A stretch of DNA of 64,000 nt from Schizochytrium sp. TIO01 (Eukaryota > Protista > Bigyra: Labyrinthulomycetes), in assembly GCA_004764695.1 (NCBI GenBank), contig SMSO01000034.1, positions 3,410,001 to 3,474,000 of the forward strand, in the 5' to 3' direction. Positions 11,499 through 23,116 of the stretch are shown here, piece by piece. The position numbers were made by a program, and so were the translations under genes. Every line of letters starts with the position of its first letter. Position 1 is the stretch's first letter. The notes under the pieces were generated by a model, which was given only the letters and a program-made list of their open reading frames with translations, did not search any database and was not told the origin of the DNA.

Positions 11499-13490
11499 AT
11501 GGGCAAGGCCTTTGATCGCGGCCCTATGCCACGGCACACGGCAAGGTGCAGACAAGTTATGGTGGTTTTACTGGTCTCCTTACTGAGCATATTGGTGACA
11601 AGATCCATCGAGCCGTACCTAAGGGGAGGCTTGACGGAATGGTTTGAGGTGGAGTCCATTACTGGAGACCTGGGGCCAGACGACAAACCTTGCAGGGAGA
11701 GTTGGGCTTGTGGCCGAGGTGAAAGCACGAGTAGCGAGACTGAGCCCTTGCATAAAGTCGATGTGGAAGTGCGCGAGGTAGACCCTAGCAACACGAGCAT
11801 GGAAGCTTGGAAGCCTGATCGTAACTATGGAGAAACGGCTACTAAGAAACTCAATGACGGTGGTGATTCTGAACATCAATATGGCCAAATACAAGAACGA
11901 GCTAAGGAGTCAGTATTTGTTAAGACTACTAATGTTAGCTCCTTTGTAAGTAAAAACGCTTCGAAAAAGATATCGGGGACCGAAGATTCAGAAGTAGACA
12001 ATGTGTTGACTTTGGCATTAGCTTCTGACGATCTCGAGAGTGACATTGGAGAATCTCATTTGTCGAACGACACAGATTACCCTAGCATTTCTGCTAATTC
12101 AACAACAGAAAATATAGGCAAGGAGTCAACGGAATTTGTATTGAGAGAAGCGGTGGGATCAGTAGCGACTGCAGAGATGGGTGATGAAAACAACTATTCA
12201 AGTGAGGGCTCGGAGAACAAAACGAGCTCGATTGCATCAAGGAGAGATGAATCTGCAAAACTAGCTTCACCTCTGTTGTCGAATTCTCAAGGACCCAGTA
12301 ATAAATCTCTAATAGATTCACACGGAGTCAGCATTGCTGAAGATGATAATGCTACCGTTTCGCTATCTACAGAAATCAAGAACAGCGCGAACACGACTCG
12401 TGAAGTGGAAGGTTTAGAGGGCACAAAAGAGCCAACCGGTGTTCGTTTTGAACTTAACACTGGAGAAAGTAAACTGACAACGAACAAAGTTCTTTCACCT
12501 CTCCAGGTCGTCACCGATCTGTTAGAGAAAAATAGTACATACGGGGCAGAGAAAGCTCTTCAAGCACCAGTCTTAGTCGAGCAAATTGCACCTCTCAAAT
12601 TGTATAATGTTCCTAAACGCAATTACTCATTCATACCAGAGTCAGTCAAAGAAAGTATGAAAAAATTTGAGTCTCCTGCGTGCCGCGCTATTCGTTACGG
12701 TCCAAGTGGTTCAGCTTCAGAGGGAACAGTAGGAATCTCGTCTCGAGCAAAATGCTCATCAAGCATGGAAGGTACTGAAGAGGCACTTGTCGAACGGGGG
12801 AGCCAGATCCTGATTTCCGAAGCGTATAAACTCATTTATGTGTCGAACATGAAAGCTGCTTCACAAACACTTTCTATAGTTATGCGCGAGCGATTGAAAG
12901 CCATCACAATTGGAAGTCATAAAATCAATACGTATATTGAACAAAGGCGCGCTGTTGAACCATTTGTCAAGCTGGAGGACTACTTTGTGTTCACCTTTGT
13001 TCGAGATCCATTATCAATGTTCTACAGCGCATACGCTGAAATAGATCGACGAATGGATAGGTTTCTTAAAAAACGCACCTCTTTTCAATTGATCAATCGG
13101 ACAATGAAGAATGAGCCAAATCGTATTCTCAATTGTCTTGATATGGTCCGCACTGGAAGTCACCTGCGGAGTGATTTGACACCAGCACATATGTATTCAC
13201 AAGTTTGGAAAACCCAGCGATGCCCGGATGGGGTCGGGAATTTTCTTGAGTTTGACTTTATCGGCAAACTTGAAAATATTAGAGAAGACTATTATGCATT
13301 GGAGTCTATCATTGGTGCCAAACATAGGCCTCTGCGTATTTTTAATGGCAACAAACAGTCCATGTACAAGAAGCATCTATATAATTTACGCACTGCAGCC
13401 TTCGAGAACCTTGAGAAGAAGGCCTGTGCGTACAGTGAAGCGGATTATACGTGCTTCACATATCAGAAGCCTACCACCTGCCAGGCTTGA
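11499..13490 (+). CDS. Type II membrane sulfotransferase (Sulfotransfer_2 / CHST-like) with long Ser/Glu-rich stem
   Basis: N-terminal TM (VMVVLLVSLLSILV). PAPS-binding motifs LIYVSNMKAASQTL and FTFVRDPLSMFYSAY, plus FDFIGKLENIREDY. Confidence 0.85.
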   Translation: MGKAFDRGPMPRHTARCRQVMVVLLVSLLSILVTRSIEPYLRGGLTEWFEVESITGDLGPDDKPCRESWACGRGESTSSETEPLHKVDVEVREVDPSNTSMEAWKPDRNYGETATKKLNDGGDSEHQYGQIQERAKESVFVKTTNVSSFVSKNASKKISGTEDSEVDNVLTLALASDDLESDIGESHLSNDTDYPSISANSTTENIGKESTEFVLREAVGSVATAEMGDENNYSSEGSENKTSSIASRRDESAKLASPLLSNSQGPSNKSLIDSHGVSIAEDDNATVSLSTEIKNSANTTREVEGLEGTKEPTGVRFELNTGESKLTTNKVLSPLQVVTDLLEKNSTYGAEKALQAPVLVEQIAPLKLYNVPKRNYSFIPESVKESMKKFESPACRAIRYGPSGSASEGTVGISSRAKCSSSMEGTEEALVERGSQILISEAYKLIYVSNMKAASQTLSIVMRERLKAITIGSHKINTYIEQRRAVEPFVKLEDYFVFTFVRDPLSMFYSAYAEIDRRMDRFLKKRTSFQLINRTMKNEPNRILNCLDMVRTGSHLRSDLTPAHMYSQVWKTQRCPDGVGNFLEFDFIGKLENIREDYYALESIIGAKHRPLRIFNGNKQSMYKKHLYNLRTAAFENLEKKACAYSEADYTCFTYQKPTTCQA

Positions 13491-13888
13491 TCTCTTGCTC
13501 TTGCTTGCAAATATTCTTGAATTCTATTTGTTCATTGCTCTCAAATTTATGTTCCTTATCAATAGATTTACCCTGACATCACATGCGGGTGGTTTTATAA
13601 TGTATAAGCTAATTTCATTACTTTAGCGGCATTTCTTGATTTCTACTTTAGAAGTTTGCTTGAGCCCGCCCTAAGTCGACCACCTGAGGTTAGAGCAGGC
13701 TATTCAGTATGAACCGTGATTAAGTTTATACTTTTATAGATATGCTTGAAGACAGACCAAAGTTGGCAGGAGTTCATGGTTTCAATCTCACAGGGGACGT
13801 TAACTAGTTAATAATTCATATTATGAAAGAAAGAAAAGAGAATATAATGAACAATCTATGAAAGGCAGATAGATGACATCAAAAAGAG

Positions 13889-14974
13889 CTATTTCGCAGC
13901 TGTGGCCTTCTCCCGCTCACTTATCCGGAGGATCTTTTGGGCAACCGCAGCTGCGCCAAATCCGTTATCGATATTGACAACTGAAATACCAGGTGCACAG
14001 CCATTCAGCATCGCTAGAAGAGGCACTAAACCATCAAATGACGCACCATACCCAACACTTGTTGGCACAGCAATGACAGGGCAGTCTACAAGACCTGCAA
14101 CTACACTAGGCAGAGCTCCCTCCATACCAGCAACTGCAATAATGACTTTTGATTTTCGCAGAACCTCTGTTTGCCTTAACAAGCGATCAATCCCGGCAAC
14201 ACCTACATCATAAACTCTACGGGGTGCAATTTGGTTCAGTTCAAGCGTCATTGCTGCTTCTTCGGCCACATTGAGATCAGCAGTGCCTCCTGTCAGAATG
14301 CTAATTTGAAAGTCATCATCGGCCACAGGTGTGGCACGCTTCGTGTTGATAGAGGCAATACGGGCTTGGGGAAAGTACTCGATACCTTCAACCTTCAACG
14401 CGAGTAGGTCTGCAATTTCAGGCTCAATTCGTGTTCCGAAGAGTGGCATCTTCCGCTCCAAAGCTCGCTCAAAAATGGAAACTACGTGTTCTGGGCGCTT
14501 GCCTTGACCAAAGACAACTTCAGGAAAACCAGTGCGAATCTCTCGTGCGGCATCAAGCTTAGCGAAGCTCTCTACAGCATCGATTGCAAGAGAATTTGCA
14601 ATGTCTGCTTCTGCTTGTGCTACTGTCCTCTGTTTTCATAAACATTGCACGTCAGTATTGCCGGATCTTTCTTCCATCACAAAGATTGTTACCTGCTTCA
14701 CGAAACGTAGAAACACTCTACTGTGTAGATAAAGAGAACTTTAGATTCTTGCCATGTCCTCGTAATGCAAAAAAATCACCTCTATAGGCACTTGCTTGTC
14801 TTTGAGTTCACAGCTCCAGCTTTTCGGTATCTGGGGTAACCAAGACACCCAGCATCGCCAGCCAGATATCGAGATGCTCTTTTCTTCGATTCTCAACTTG
14901 GTTTACAAGCTAGAACTTACCTGTCCAGATGCTACTGCAGCAAGCACGCGTCGCAAGGCATCCCGCGCTGCCAT
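13889..14974 (-). CDS. larB: LarB, pyridinium-3,5-biscarboxylic acid mononucleotide synthase (PurE-like fold); join(14921..14974, 13889..14629), ~264 aa
   Basis: Exon 1 MAARDALRRVLAAVASGQ, then a GTAAGT...TACTGAC...CAG intron (14630-14920), then RTVAQAEADI...FAKLDAAREIRTGFPEVVFGQGK...TGGTADLNVAEEA...DVGVAGIDRL...AGMEGALPSVVAGLVDCPVIAVPTSVGYGA...MLNGCAPGISVVNIDNGFGAA. These are all canonical LarB motifs. Confidence 0.93.
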
Positions 14975-15988
14975 GGTGTCCTATAGTTTTTAGTTTTCCA
15001 GGAGTACACGATTCTGATTTGGTATTGCTGTGGAGGTGTTGGTTCTACTTATCCACGGCGGCCATAACTGTTAAAAAGGAAATCAGCCTCAATCCATGCT
15101 CTTGTTATGAATACCTACCTACCTACCTTGGTAAAGTAGGATCAAGTAGAGCACCCCTACACGATCCTCTGGTGATGGATTCAACAATTAATTCTCTGCA
15201 TTGTCGGCGTTTTCAGAGATTAAGGATACGACTGAGGCAAAACAGTCTGTTCTTGCAGGGCTTTTGGAACGCAATTGCCGTCTGTGACTGCCTGATCAGT
15301 ATACTATTATTCCCAGCTTGTGCTCAAAAGTGAGCAAATTGTAGTCGGAATGCATCGAACTCCACCGAAGCGGTGCCAAAATAGCCACCCACGGCGAGAG
15401 GAGGCGGATGGATCGTGCTAGCTTAGCCCTTCTTTGCGCAGGTATCGTAGAGCGCAAGCGAGTCAAACATGCAAATCACAATCTTACCAGCGCTGCGATT
15501 CGCAATTTCTCATGTATAATGACTAGGAAAGAACAAGTAAGTATCAATTCTCATTCAGTCACCACTGAAGTACCAATGCGTTTCTCTGGTGGGCCATTGG
15601 CTGACCTGACGCCTGTGGTATTAGTTACGTGTGGAAATCTTCGAGCTCTTGTTGGCAGCCCAAGCGTGCTCGCTCTGAGTCTCAAATCTGCGAACTTCGT
15701 GAAGCTGGTTGATACCATTATTATGGTACACCGCTCCAAAGGTCACTGCAGACCCTACGAGACCACATGTATGTATGTATGCATGTTATATTAGGCTGTT
15801 ACGTGGCAGTGAATACAAGACATGGGCGCTTCCCTCGTCCGAAAGAAAGAGAGCGAACTTCATGAACTTGAAGGAGAGCAATGCCTGCGATTGAGCAGAC
15901 GCCAGTTCGTGATCGTTGCTGAGATCCGTTGCAGCTTCGTGCAAATGCTGGGTCGCCCTTCGAACAAGCACGCAGACTGATGTGCAGA

Positions 15989-16017
15989 CATTCATTCATT
16001 CATTCATTCATTCATTC
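15989..16017. repeat. (CATT)n microsatellite
   Basis: Direct tandem repeat, ~7 units. Confidence 0.9.
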
Positions 16018-16344
16018 CTCAAGAAAAGGCACGAGTCTCGAAAGGCGAAGAAAGAAAAGGGGGACAGATAGTGGCACAGTGGACAATGTGGGTCTACTAT
16101 AGAACAAATTGTGGCGAAGTAGTAGAAAGTTAAACCGCAAGTGCGTTATACGCAGAGGTACATACATAGCAATGGCGAAGCAGAAAAAGAGAAGGAGGAT
16201 CAATTGTAATGCGGTGTGCAATGATGGATCAGTGCAGATAGGCAACAGGTTGTAGCAAGCACTACACTCGCTGCGTGGCGACCAAAGTTAGGTGGACACT
16301 GGGCTTACGGTGTCGTCGACGACGTTAAAGAGCTTTCTCACATC

Positions 16345-17811
16345 ATGGCGGAGATGACGAGAGCACTGGCGAAGATCCAGTTCGAGGCAGGTCGCGGTGT
16401 ACGCACGGCGGTGTGGCGTGAAAAGCTGGATATCATCGACGAATGCAGGTCGCTTATTCGACAGCTGGAGGGCGAACCGAAGATTGCCTTTGGCGGAGAG
16501 GATGAAAGCAGTGAGCTCGACGAAGAGGTTCGCATGGACGCGTTTAGAAATTGGCTTGTAAAGAACGGCGTTGAGCTTTCCTGTGTGGACTTTAAGTACA
16601 TTAAGGAGCTCGGATGCAATGGTGTCGTGTGCACAGATGCCCTTGAGGAAGGCAAAACTGCATTCACAGTGCCTCGAAAGCTCATGATTACGGTGGAGGC
16701 TGTGGCAAGGTCTCAATCGAAGCGCAATATTGTTGGTGAGATCCTCCGTACGGATGGTCTGGTGCGCAGGGTGCCAAGTATGGCTCTGGCGCTTGCACTT
16801 CTGGTCGAGGTAGCACGTGGAGACAAGTCTTTCTTTAAGCCCTACCTTGATATTCTTCCACGCTCGTTCGAGAACATGCCAATGAACTGGACCACCGAAC
16901 AGCTGAACGGTGTTGAGAACACTGAGGTGGGCCGCCAGGCATCGCAGCGCGCCTTGAACTCTTTCATGTATTACTGTCATGTGGAGCCGCGTCTCCGCGC
17001 TAGCATGCCAAAACTCAACTATGCTACCTTTGCTTGGGCTTTGCAAATTGCCATGACTCGTCAGAACCCGGTGCCCTTGGAGGGCAACCCTGCACAGCAC
17101 GGTCTTGCGTTAATTCCAGTCTTTGATATGTGCAACCACGATGAGGGCAAAAACGATGCCACCTTTGACATGGCAACGGATACACTGCAATCCAAGTCAA
17201 TGCGCAACTTTGCCAAGGATGAAGAGTACCGCATTTTTTACGGACCTCGCCCCAACGACACCCTCTTAGTTTATGCTGGTTTCTGTATGGCTCCTGGAGC
17301 AAATAAGCATGACGTCGTGATTGACGAAATTGGTCTCCGCTCAGAGGACCCCCTCTTGATGCTCAAGCTCAAATTCACTGAGCAGTGCCGACTCGATGGT
17401 TCTTTGCCTTTCATGCTCGATGAGAAGAGCAAATCTATGCAGATTGCTCGTCTTGCAGTCGCCGATAAGTCGCAGGTTACTCAGCTTCTGCGTGCCCAGC
17501 AAACCCACCCGAAGGATGCTCCCGAGCCTTTTATTATTTCAACAATTTCTGAAGAGAATGAGGCACAAGCCTATGCTTACTTAGTTGAGCGGGCTTCAGA
17601 AACGCTCAATCGTGTGGAGTCTCAGCTGAAGAATGCGGTGCTTGAGTCTGACCTGGAGGCCAAGTCATCAGGTGCTGAAGCAAGCCAAGACTCTGAAGAG
17701 AGTGAAACAAAGCCCAAGGTCCTCAACCCTCTCTCCAAGGTGTACTTGGAGAGTCAAATTGCCACCCTGAAGTCTTTCATTGAACAGGCTAAGGAAAAGG
17801 TTTCAAAGTAA
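16345..17811 (+). CDS. SET-domain methyltransferase with Rubisco-LSMT substrate-binding domain (SETD3-like)
   Basis: FRNWLVKNG, FTVPRKLMIT, SFFKPYLDILP, MTRQNPVP, ALIPVFDMCNH and IFYGPRPNDTLLVYAGF match the SETD3/LSMT family. MTRQN and IFYG are SETD3-type. Confidence 0.85.
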   Translation: MAEMTRALAKIQFEAGRGVRTAVWREKLDIIDECRSLIRQLEGEPKIAFGGEDESSELDEEVRMDAFRNWLVKNGVELSCVDFKYIKELGCNGVVCTDALEEGKTAFTVPRKLMITVEAVARSQSKRNIVGEILRTDGLVRRVPSMALALALLVEVARGDKSFFKPYLDILPRSFENMPMNWTTEQLNGVENTEVGRQASQRALNSFMYYCHVEPRLRASMPKLNYATFAWALQIAMTRQNPVPLEGNPAQHGLALIPVFDMCNHDEGKNDATFDMATDTLQSKSMRNFAKDEEYRIFYGPRPNDTLLVYAGFCMAPGANKHDVVIDEIGLRSEDPLLMLKLKFTEQCRLDGSLPFMLDEKSKSMQIARLAVADKSQVTQLLRAQQTHPKDAPEPFIISTISEENEAQAYAYLVERASETLNRVESQLKNAVLESDLEAKSSGAEASQDSEESETKPKVLNPLSKVYLESQIATLKSFIEQAKEKVSK

Positions 17812-18512
17812 CTAGCTATTTCATATTGCAAGACATAGATGATTCATTATCTGGGAGATTTCCTCAATAATCATGATATATCCTATCTTGTTTACTTAAA
17901 ATAACGATAACAAACACTGATACTTGTTATGTAGCATCTTTCTCTTGGTTCACAATTGCAGAAGATAACCTCAAGGGTTGATTGGATGTTCTTATATATA
18001 TGACATGGGATTCGAGACTACAGTTGAAAAGGATAGTGGAGATTTTAAAACATACATGTTTTGATTTCAACGCGTGGACAATGCCAATCTAAACTAGGAT
18101 AGGTAGCTCCGAACAGAATATCCCCCCTTCCCCCCAAAAAAAGATTTAAAAAAAAATATGGTACAACTTGAACTTAATGCTACTTTAGTGTCCAAGTAGA
18201 TCTCAGTTGTTTGGACAAGTCTACTATTCCAATTCAAATGAGCTGAATTCTATGAAAATAAGTCCTCTTGCAGATATGAGACAAGTGGTTTAGCATCTGA
18301 CAGAGGTAGACCTATTACAGCAGCTTTCTATATAAATCTGTGGGCGATGAAAGTATTGTGAAAACGTGTGTCACCTTCTCCTATCATGATCTAAAAGCTA
18401 TCAATATTTCTTGAGTCAACCATTAGATGCCTGAGTGACATGTTGCTGTATGCGTCTTTCTAAATACCTTTTCTTTGTCAGATATTAAAAAGCAAGAAGA
18501 AGCAATATCTGT

Positions 18513-19193
18513 TCATGGCGCCCCAATGCCGAAGTTATAGAGCTTGTGCTCTTTTATATACTCAATGACAGATAAGGGAAGATATTTGGCCATCGTAGCT
18601 TCATCTCCGGCTGCACAGGCATCTCGAGCTCCAGTGGAAGACACACCCTCAGAGGTTGCACCCATTTCGTAGATCATAGCCTTAATATTTAATGACGGGT
18701 CAATTTGAACCATAGGATATCCTTCTCTATGGATAATGGCGATCTCAGTGGTGGAAAGAAGCTCAGGACCATTTCTCCATTTACCTGAGCATAGATCATT
18801 GAAGGTATCAGTACCCAGAATGAGGACGAAGTCAGTATCAGCATTTTCTGGGAGGCTTCGCAAGTACGTGAGAACCTGGTACGTGCCTAGGCGTTGTTCT
18901 GCCCCCAGCTTTTTAGTAAGGTCACGTTCAACAGTAGAAACAACAACGTCTTCTCCAGCTTCTATAAGGGGTGCGAAGCAGAGCCTCGCCATGGCCACGC
19001 GATGCTCAAATGGCTCAAGCGAGTTTCTCTTAGAATCAAAGACGTGCGCGTACACTGGAAGTACCATGACCTGATCAAAGAGTTTGGCAAAGTGATCCAC
19101 CACGGACTGGTGTCCACAGAGTCCAGTTGGTGGATTCAGGCTGCTGCCAAAGATTGCAACGCGTCGTCGTGTGCTTTTAGACACGCTCATCAT
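18513..19193 (-). CDS. Nicotinate/nicotinamide-nucleotide adenylyltransferase (NadD-like, HIGH-class nucleotidyltransferase)
   Basis: VAIFGSSLNPPTGLCGH (HxGH variant), FEHRVAMARL, VSTVE, LILGTDTF..L...W, VSSTGAR, LPLSVIEYIKEHKLY. The start may extend upstream. Confidence 0.85.
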   Translation of the reverse strand: MMSVSKSTRRRVAIFGSSLNPPTGLCGHQSVVDHFAKLFDQVMVLPVYAHVFDSKRNSLEPFEHRVAMARLCFAPLIEAGEDVVVSTVERDLTKKLGAEQRLGTYQVLTYLRSLPENADTDFVLILGTDTFNDLCSGKWRNGPELLSTTEIAIIHREGYPMVQIDPSLNIKAMIYEMGATSEGVSSTGARDACAAGDEATMAKYLPLSVIEYIKEHKLYNFGIGAP

Positions 19194-20139
19194 AGCTATC
19201 TCCTCAGAAGGTAGCGCGGCTAACGAAGGCAGCACAGAACTTCTCGTTTGCGATTTGCCACCGGTCTATTTTGTCTTCAAGTCGTAGTAGTTGTGCTTCT
19301 GCTTTTCTTCTTTTCTTGGGGTTCGTGAGAGACTCTAGTCTAGGTATCTTATGAGTTTGGCGTATGTATGGGCTATACGTTGTAGTCATGTGGCGTACGG
19401 CAGGAACTGGCCAGCACTTAAAGGTAACAGTTTTGATACCTTCAAGTTTCAGCCGCGTGCATTTGTTCACTAGCATAGAACGATGTTTTTGCTTCTTCTT
19501 CGTTTCCTAGGATCAAATGAAGGTATTATCTCTCACCCGAATAGCATTATTTGAAACACACAGTGGTCGCACCAAAAGTAACCAATCTTCAAAGCAACTT
19601 TATATTTCTTGCATCGCTTCCAACTAAAAAAGGTTCTTAAACAACAAGCGATCAATCAGATTTCACAAGTCCATCAAGCTCGCCCAAGCTTCACAGTTCG
19701 CTCAAGCTAAACTAAGCAGGTCCTGATTGTCGGCAATCATGCATGATAACTATCAATCCATGCACATCAAATTGATGTTAGTATCTAGGTAGCAGGTTGG
19801 AACCTATCATCCCACGCTCGTTCTGGCACCTGTTCGCATTACAGAATTTGATTGATATTTTCGAACGAATTTACGTGGGCTAAGCCCAGTTACTAGACAC
19901 TACCCTGGGTACTACCTATTCTTAATCTACGTTCATGACCTCAGCTCTTAGCATATCTCATCAAAGCGAGAACATCCTCGACAACATCAACAACATCAAC
20001 ACTTGCGCTTGATCTCCTCTCCTGGGAGGAAACTTCGGGCACCTGTGCGCCACCCCGTAGCTCTCCTCTGTGGAGGCGTTCTACTCCACCCTTCTAGTCA
20101 GCAGCTGTAGCACAGCAGACTTCGTACCCGCACTCAACC

Positions 20140-23116
20140 ATGGAGCGACCCACCTTGGTCATCATGGGCATGCGCGGCGCCGGCAAGTCGACGCTGGGCC
20201 GCATCGGTGCCTCCGCTCTCGGATACGTCTTTGTGGACATGGATGAGGTCCTCGAGTCGGAGCAGGGTCGTCCTTGCGGCGAGATCGTCGCTTCCGAGGG
20301 TTGGGATGGTTTTCGGGCTCTCGAGCTCCTTGCCTTTCGCAACACTCTTCTTAAGCATCCTGAGGGTGCTGTCATTTCTTGCGGTGGAGGTATCGTCGAG
20401 ACTCAAGAAGCCCGCGATCTCCTTAAGACCCTTTCTAATGTCATTTTTGTAGATCGCCACATCCAGGACATTTGCATCGACCTCGAGGCGAATCAGGCTC
20501 GCGAGGCCGCCTCCAAATCTGCAACACCATCACCATCACCAATAGTATCAGCATCAACAGACGAGGCAGAGGATGCCACAGAAGATGGGGCCTCTACTGG
20601 CGTCGCTGCATCGGATTCCTTGGCTCGCCGTCCTCAGTATGATGCCGGCGTGTTAGAGGTGTACGAGCGCCGTCTGCCGTGGTTCTTGGAATGTCTCTCT
20701 CATCGCTTTCCCATTCTGCTTGGTGATCGCAACTGGGCGCGCGTGTCCTGCGAGTTTGAATCTTTTGCAACTGCCATTTTCGCTGAGCCTGCTCCCTCAC
20801 CACTCCTACCAAACGCACGTATTCACCTTGCCTCCTCTGCCACAGAGGTTGGCCAGCTTGCAGCTGCTGGTGCAGACGCGGTCTGGCTCGCTGGTGCTGA
20901 ACCCCTCGACCAGTGGCCCGCGAAGGTGGCAATGACACGCCGCCGTACGGTGCTGCCTGTAGTAGTTGATGCAGGCGGGGATGTACAACTTGCGGCACTC
21001 GCGATGCAGCTCGGTGCGGAGTGCGTCGCTGCGGATTGTGTCGAGGTTGTCGAGCAGTCACTGCAAGCTGTGCTCCCTCGTTGGGCCGGGTCCACAGTAT
21101 TCGCGCTCCGTGTTGCTGCCAAAGACCTCTCTAGCGAAGACGCTATTATCGCTGCCGTGAGCAAGTACACGGGAACTGCTCTGTCGGAGGCTGCTTCGAG
21201 AATCGCCATGCTCGTAGTGACTGCGCCGAAGATTGCCGACGCCATGGAGGCTGTCAGGCTCGTGGCCGCACTGGACAGGATCATCAACGGAAAGGTTTCA
21301 GGTATTACCTTGCCCAAGGTTGCCGCCTTCATGCTCGATGTCGCTGGTGCAGAGGGAGATGGAGTTCCACTGGCGCAGGCACTTGTCTCTGGAAGGTGTG
21401 GACCCTCAATCCTCCCGCTCACGCCAGCGGCGGCTGTGCGGCTACGGGAGGACCTTCCAGTAAATCCAGAGCAGCACTATTGCTTGATCGGAGGAGCTAT
21501 TCGTTCGTCTCCGTCACCCGTTATGCACAATGCAGGCTTCAAGGCACTCGGGAATGGCATCGAGGTACACGCTATGCGAGACGAAGGATGCAGAACGCAT
21601 ACAGACTGTAATTGGGGCCGAGAGGTTTAGGGGAGCAAGCGTCACCATGCCACACAAGGAGCTTGTGCGAGCTTACATGGACACTGTTTCGAATGCTGCA
21701 GAGCGCATTGGAGCCATCAACACCGTCGTGAAGAATGAGAAGGATGAGCTTCACGGAGACAACACAGACTGGTATGGACTTTATCAACTCGCCAAGAATG
21801 GCATTGAGGCTCGCAGCGAGAAGGGTCTCGCCACGTCTGGAGCAGCGCTTCTTCTTGGAGCTGGCGGCACTGCACTTGCGGCAGCTTACTGTGTGGAACA
21901 GCTCGGTCTCCGTCTCTTTGTGTGGAACAGGTCGCGGGAGCGGGCGGAGAAGCTCACTCAGGCGTTCCCTGGCACTGTCGTGGATGACCTCGATGCCTTT
22001 GACGAGCCTGTGGACCTCATTATTGGGCTTGTGCCAGCCTCATCTGCATTGTGCATGCCACATGAGGCGTTCTTGCGTAAGCACGAGCCGGTGGTTGTGG
22101 ACGTGGCCTACAGACCACGACAAACCGCACTGCTGAAGCAAGCCGCGAGCTGCGGGTGCATCACCTACGAGGGCATTGATATGCTCGTTGAACAGGGCCT
22201 CATGCAAATGTCACTCTGGTCTGGAATCCCTGTCGAGCACGTGCCACGCCGTGAGATGGAGTGTGCTGCGCGGAACTTTTATGCGGATACAGACCCTGCG
22301 TGCGAACGGTACTATCTATTTGGACATCCAATTGGAGCGTCTCCGTCTCCAACTTTCCACAATCAGGGTTTTCAGGATCTTAGGATGACACGTTACTACT
22401 CCTTGTGTGAGAGTCTTGACATTAAGGTCGTGGAAAACAAAGTGAAGGAGCCGAGCTTCCGCGGTGCATCGGTAACTATTCCGCACAAGGAGTCTGTGGC
22501 ACCCTTCTTGGACGAACTTTCCCCAGCAGCAGAGAGCATCGGCGCGGTAAATACAATTGCTCGCCGCCAAGACGGTACCCTCTTTGGAGATAACACTGAC
22601 TGGCAAGGCATTCGTGCGCTCTTGGAAAGCTCGCCTCGACTTTCAAGTATCAAGAATGACGGGGCTGGCCCCGCGGTTTTACTTGTGATCGGTGCAGGAG
22701 GCACCGCATTAGCAGCAAGCTACTGTGCAATTCAGATGGGTTTGCAGTTGATCGTGTACAACCGCACATATGAAAAGGCCGCTGCTGTGGCAGACCGCTT
22801 CGGAGGATCAGCAGTACGTTCACTTGAGGAAATTCCTGCCGTGGATTGTATTGTGGGTACTGTGCCAAGTGGCGCCGGATTTACTGCTCCTGAGCACCTT
22901 CTTGCGTCCAAACCTGTGGTGCTGGATGCTGCTTATCGTCCGCGTCGCACAAAGCTGTTGCAGCAGGCTGCACAGCATGGGTGTGAAACTTTTGAGGGCA
23001 TCCAAATGCTTATTGAGCAGGGTATTGCTCAGTTTAAGTTGTGGACAGGATGCGAGCCACCTCGTACCAGAATGGAGGAGGCGGTATATGCGTTCTATGT
23101 ACAGGGTGAAATTTAA
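20140..23116 (+). CDS. Shikimate kinase + degenerate type I dehydroquinase + two shikimate dehydrogenase domains (~990 aa); extra G at 21550-21552 splits the frame
   Basis: SK: GMRGAGKST, VDMD, GWDGFRALE, SCGGGIVE. SDH1: SSPSPVMHN, GASVTMPHK, IGAINT, GDNTDW, GAGGTA, NRS, GIDMLVEQG. SDH2: ASPSPTFHN, GASVTIPHK, IGAVNT, GDNTDW, GAGGTA, NRT, GIQMLIEQG. Confidence 0.9.

Noticed and set aside
13889-14461. PurE (AIR carboxylase) call or bacterial contamination
   Set aside because: The motifs are LarB-specific (RTGFPEVV, PTSVGYGA, VVNIDNGFGAA) and the gene has a canonical spliceosomal intron.
16288-17100. 270 aa minus-strand ORF
   Set aside because: Antisense shadow of the SETD3-like gene with no motifs.
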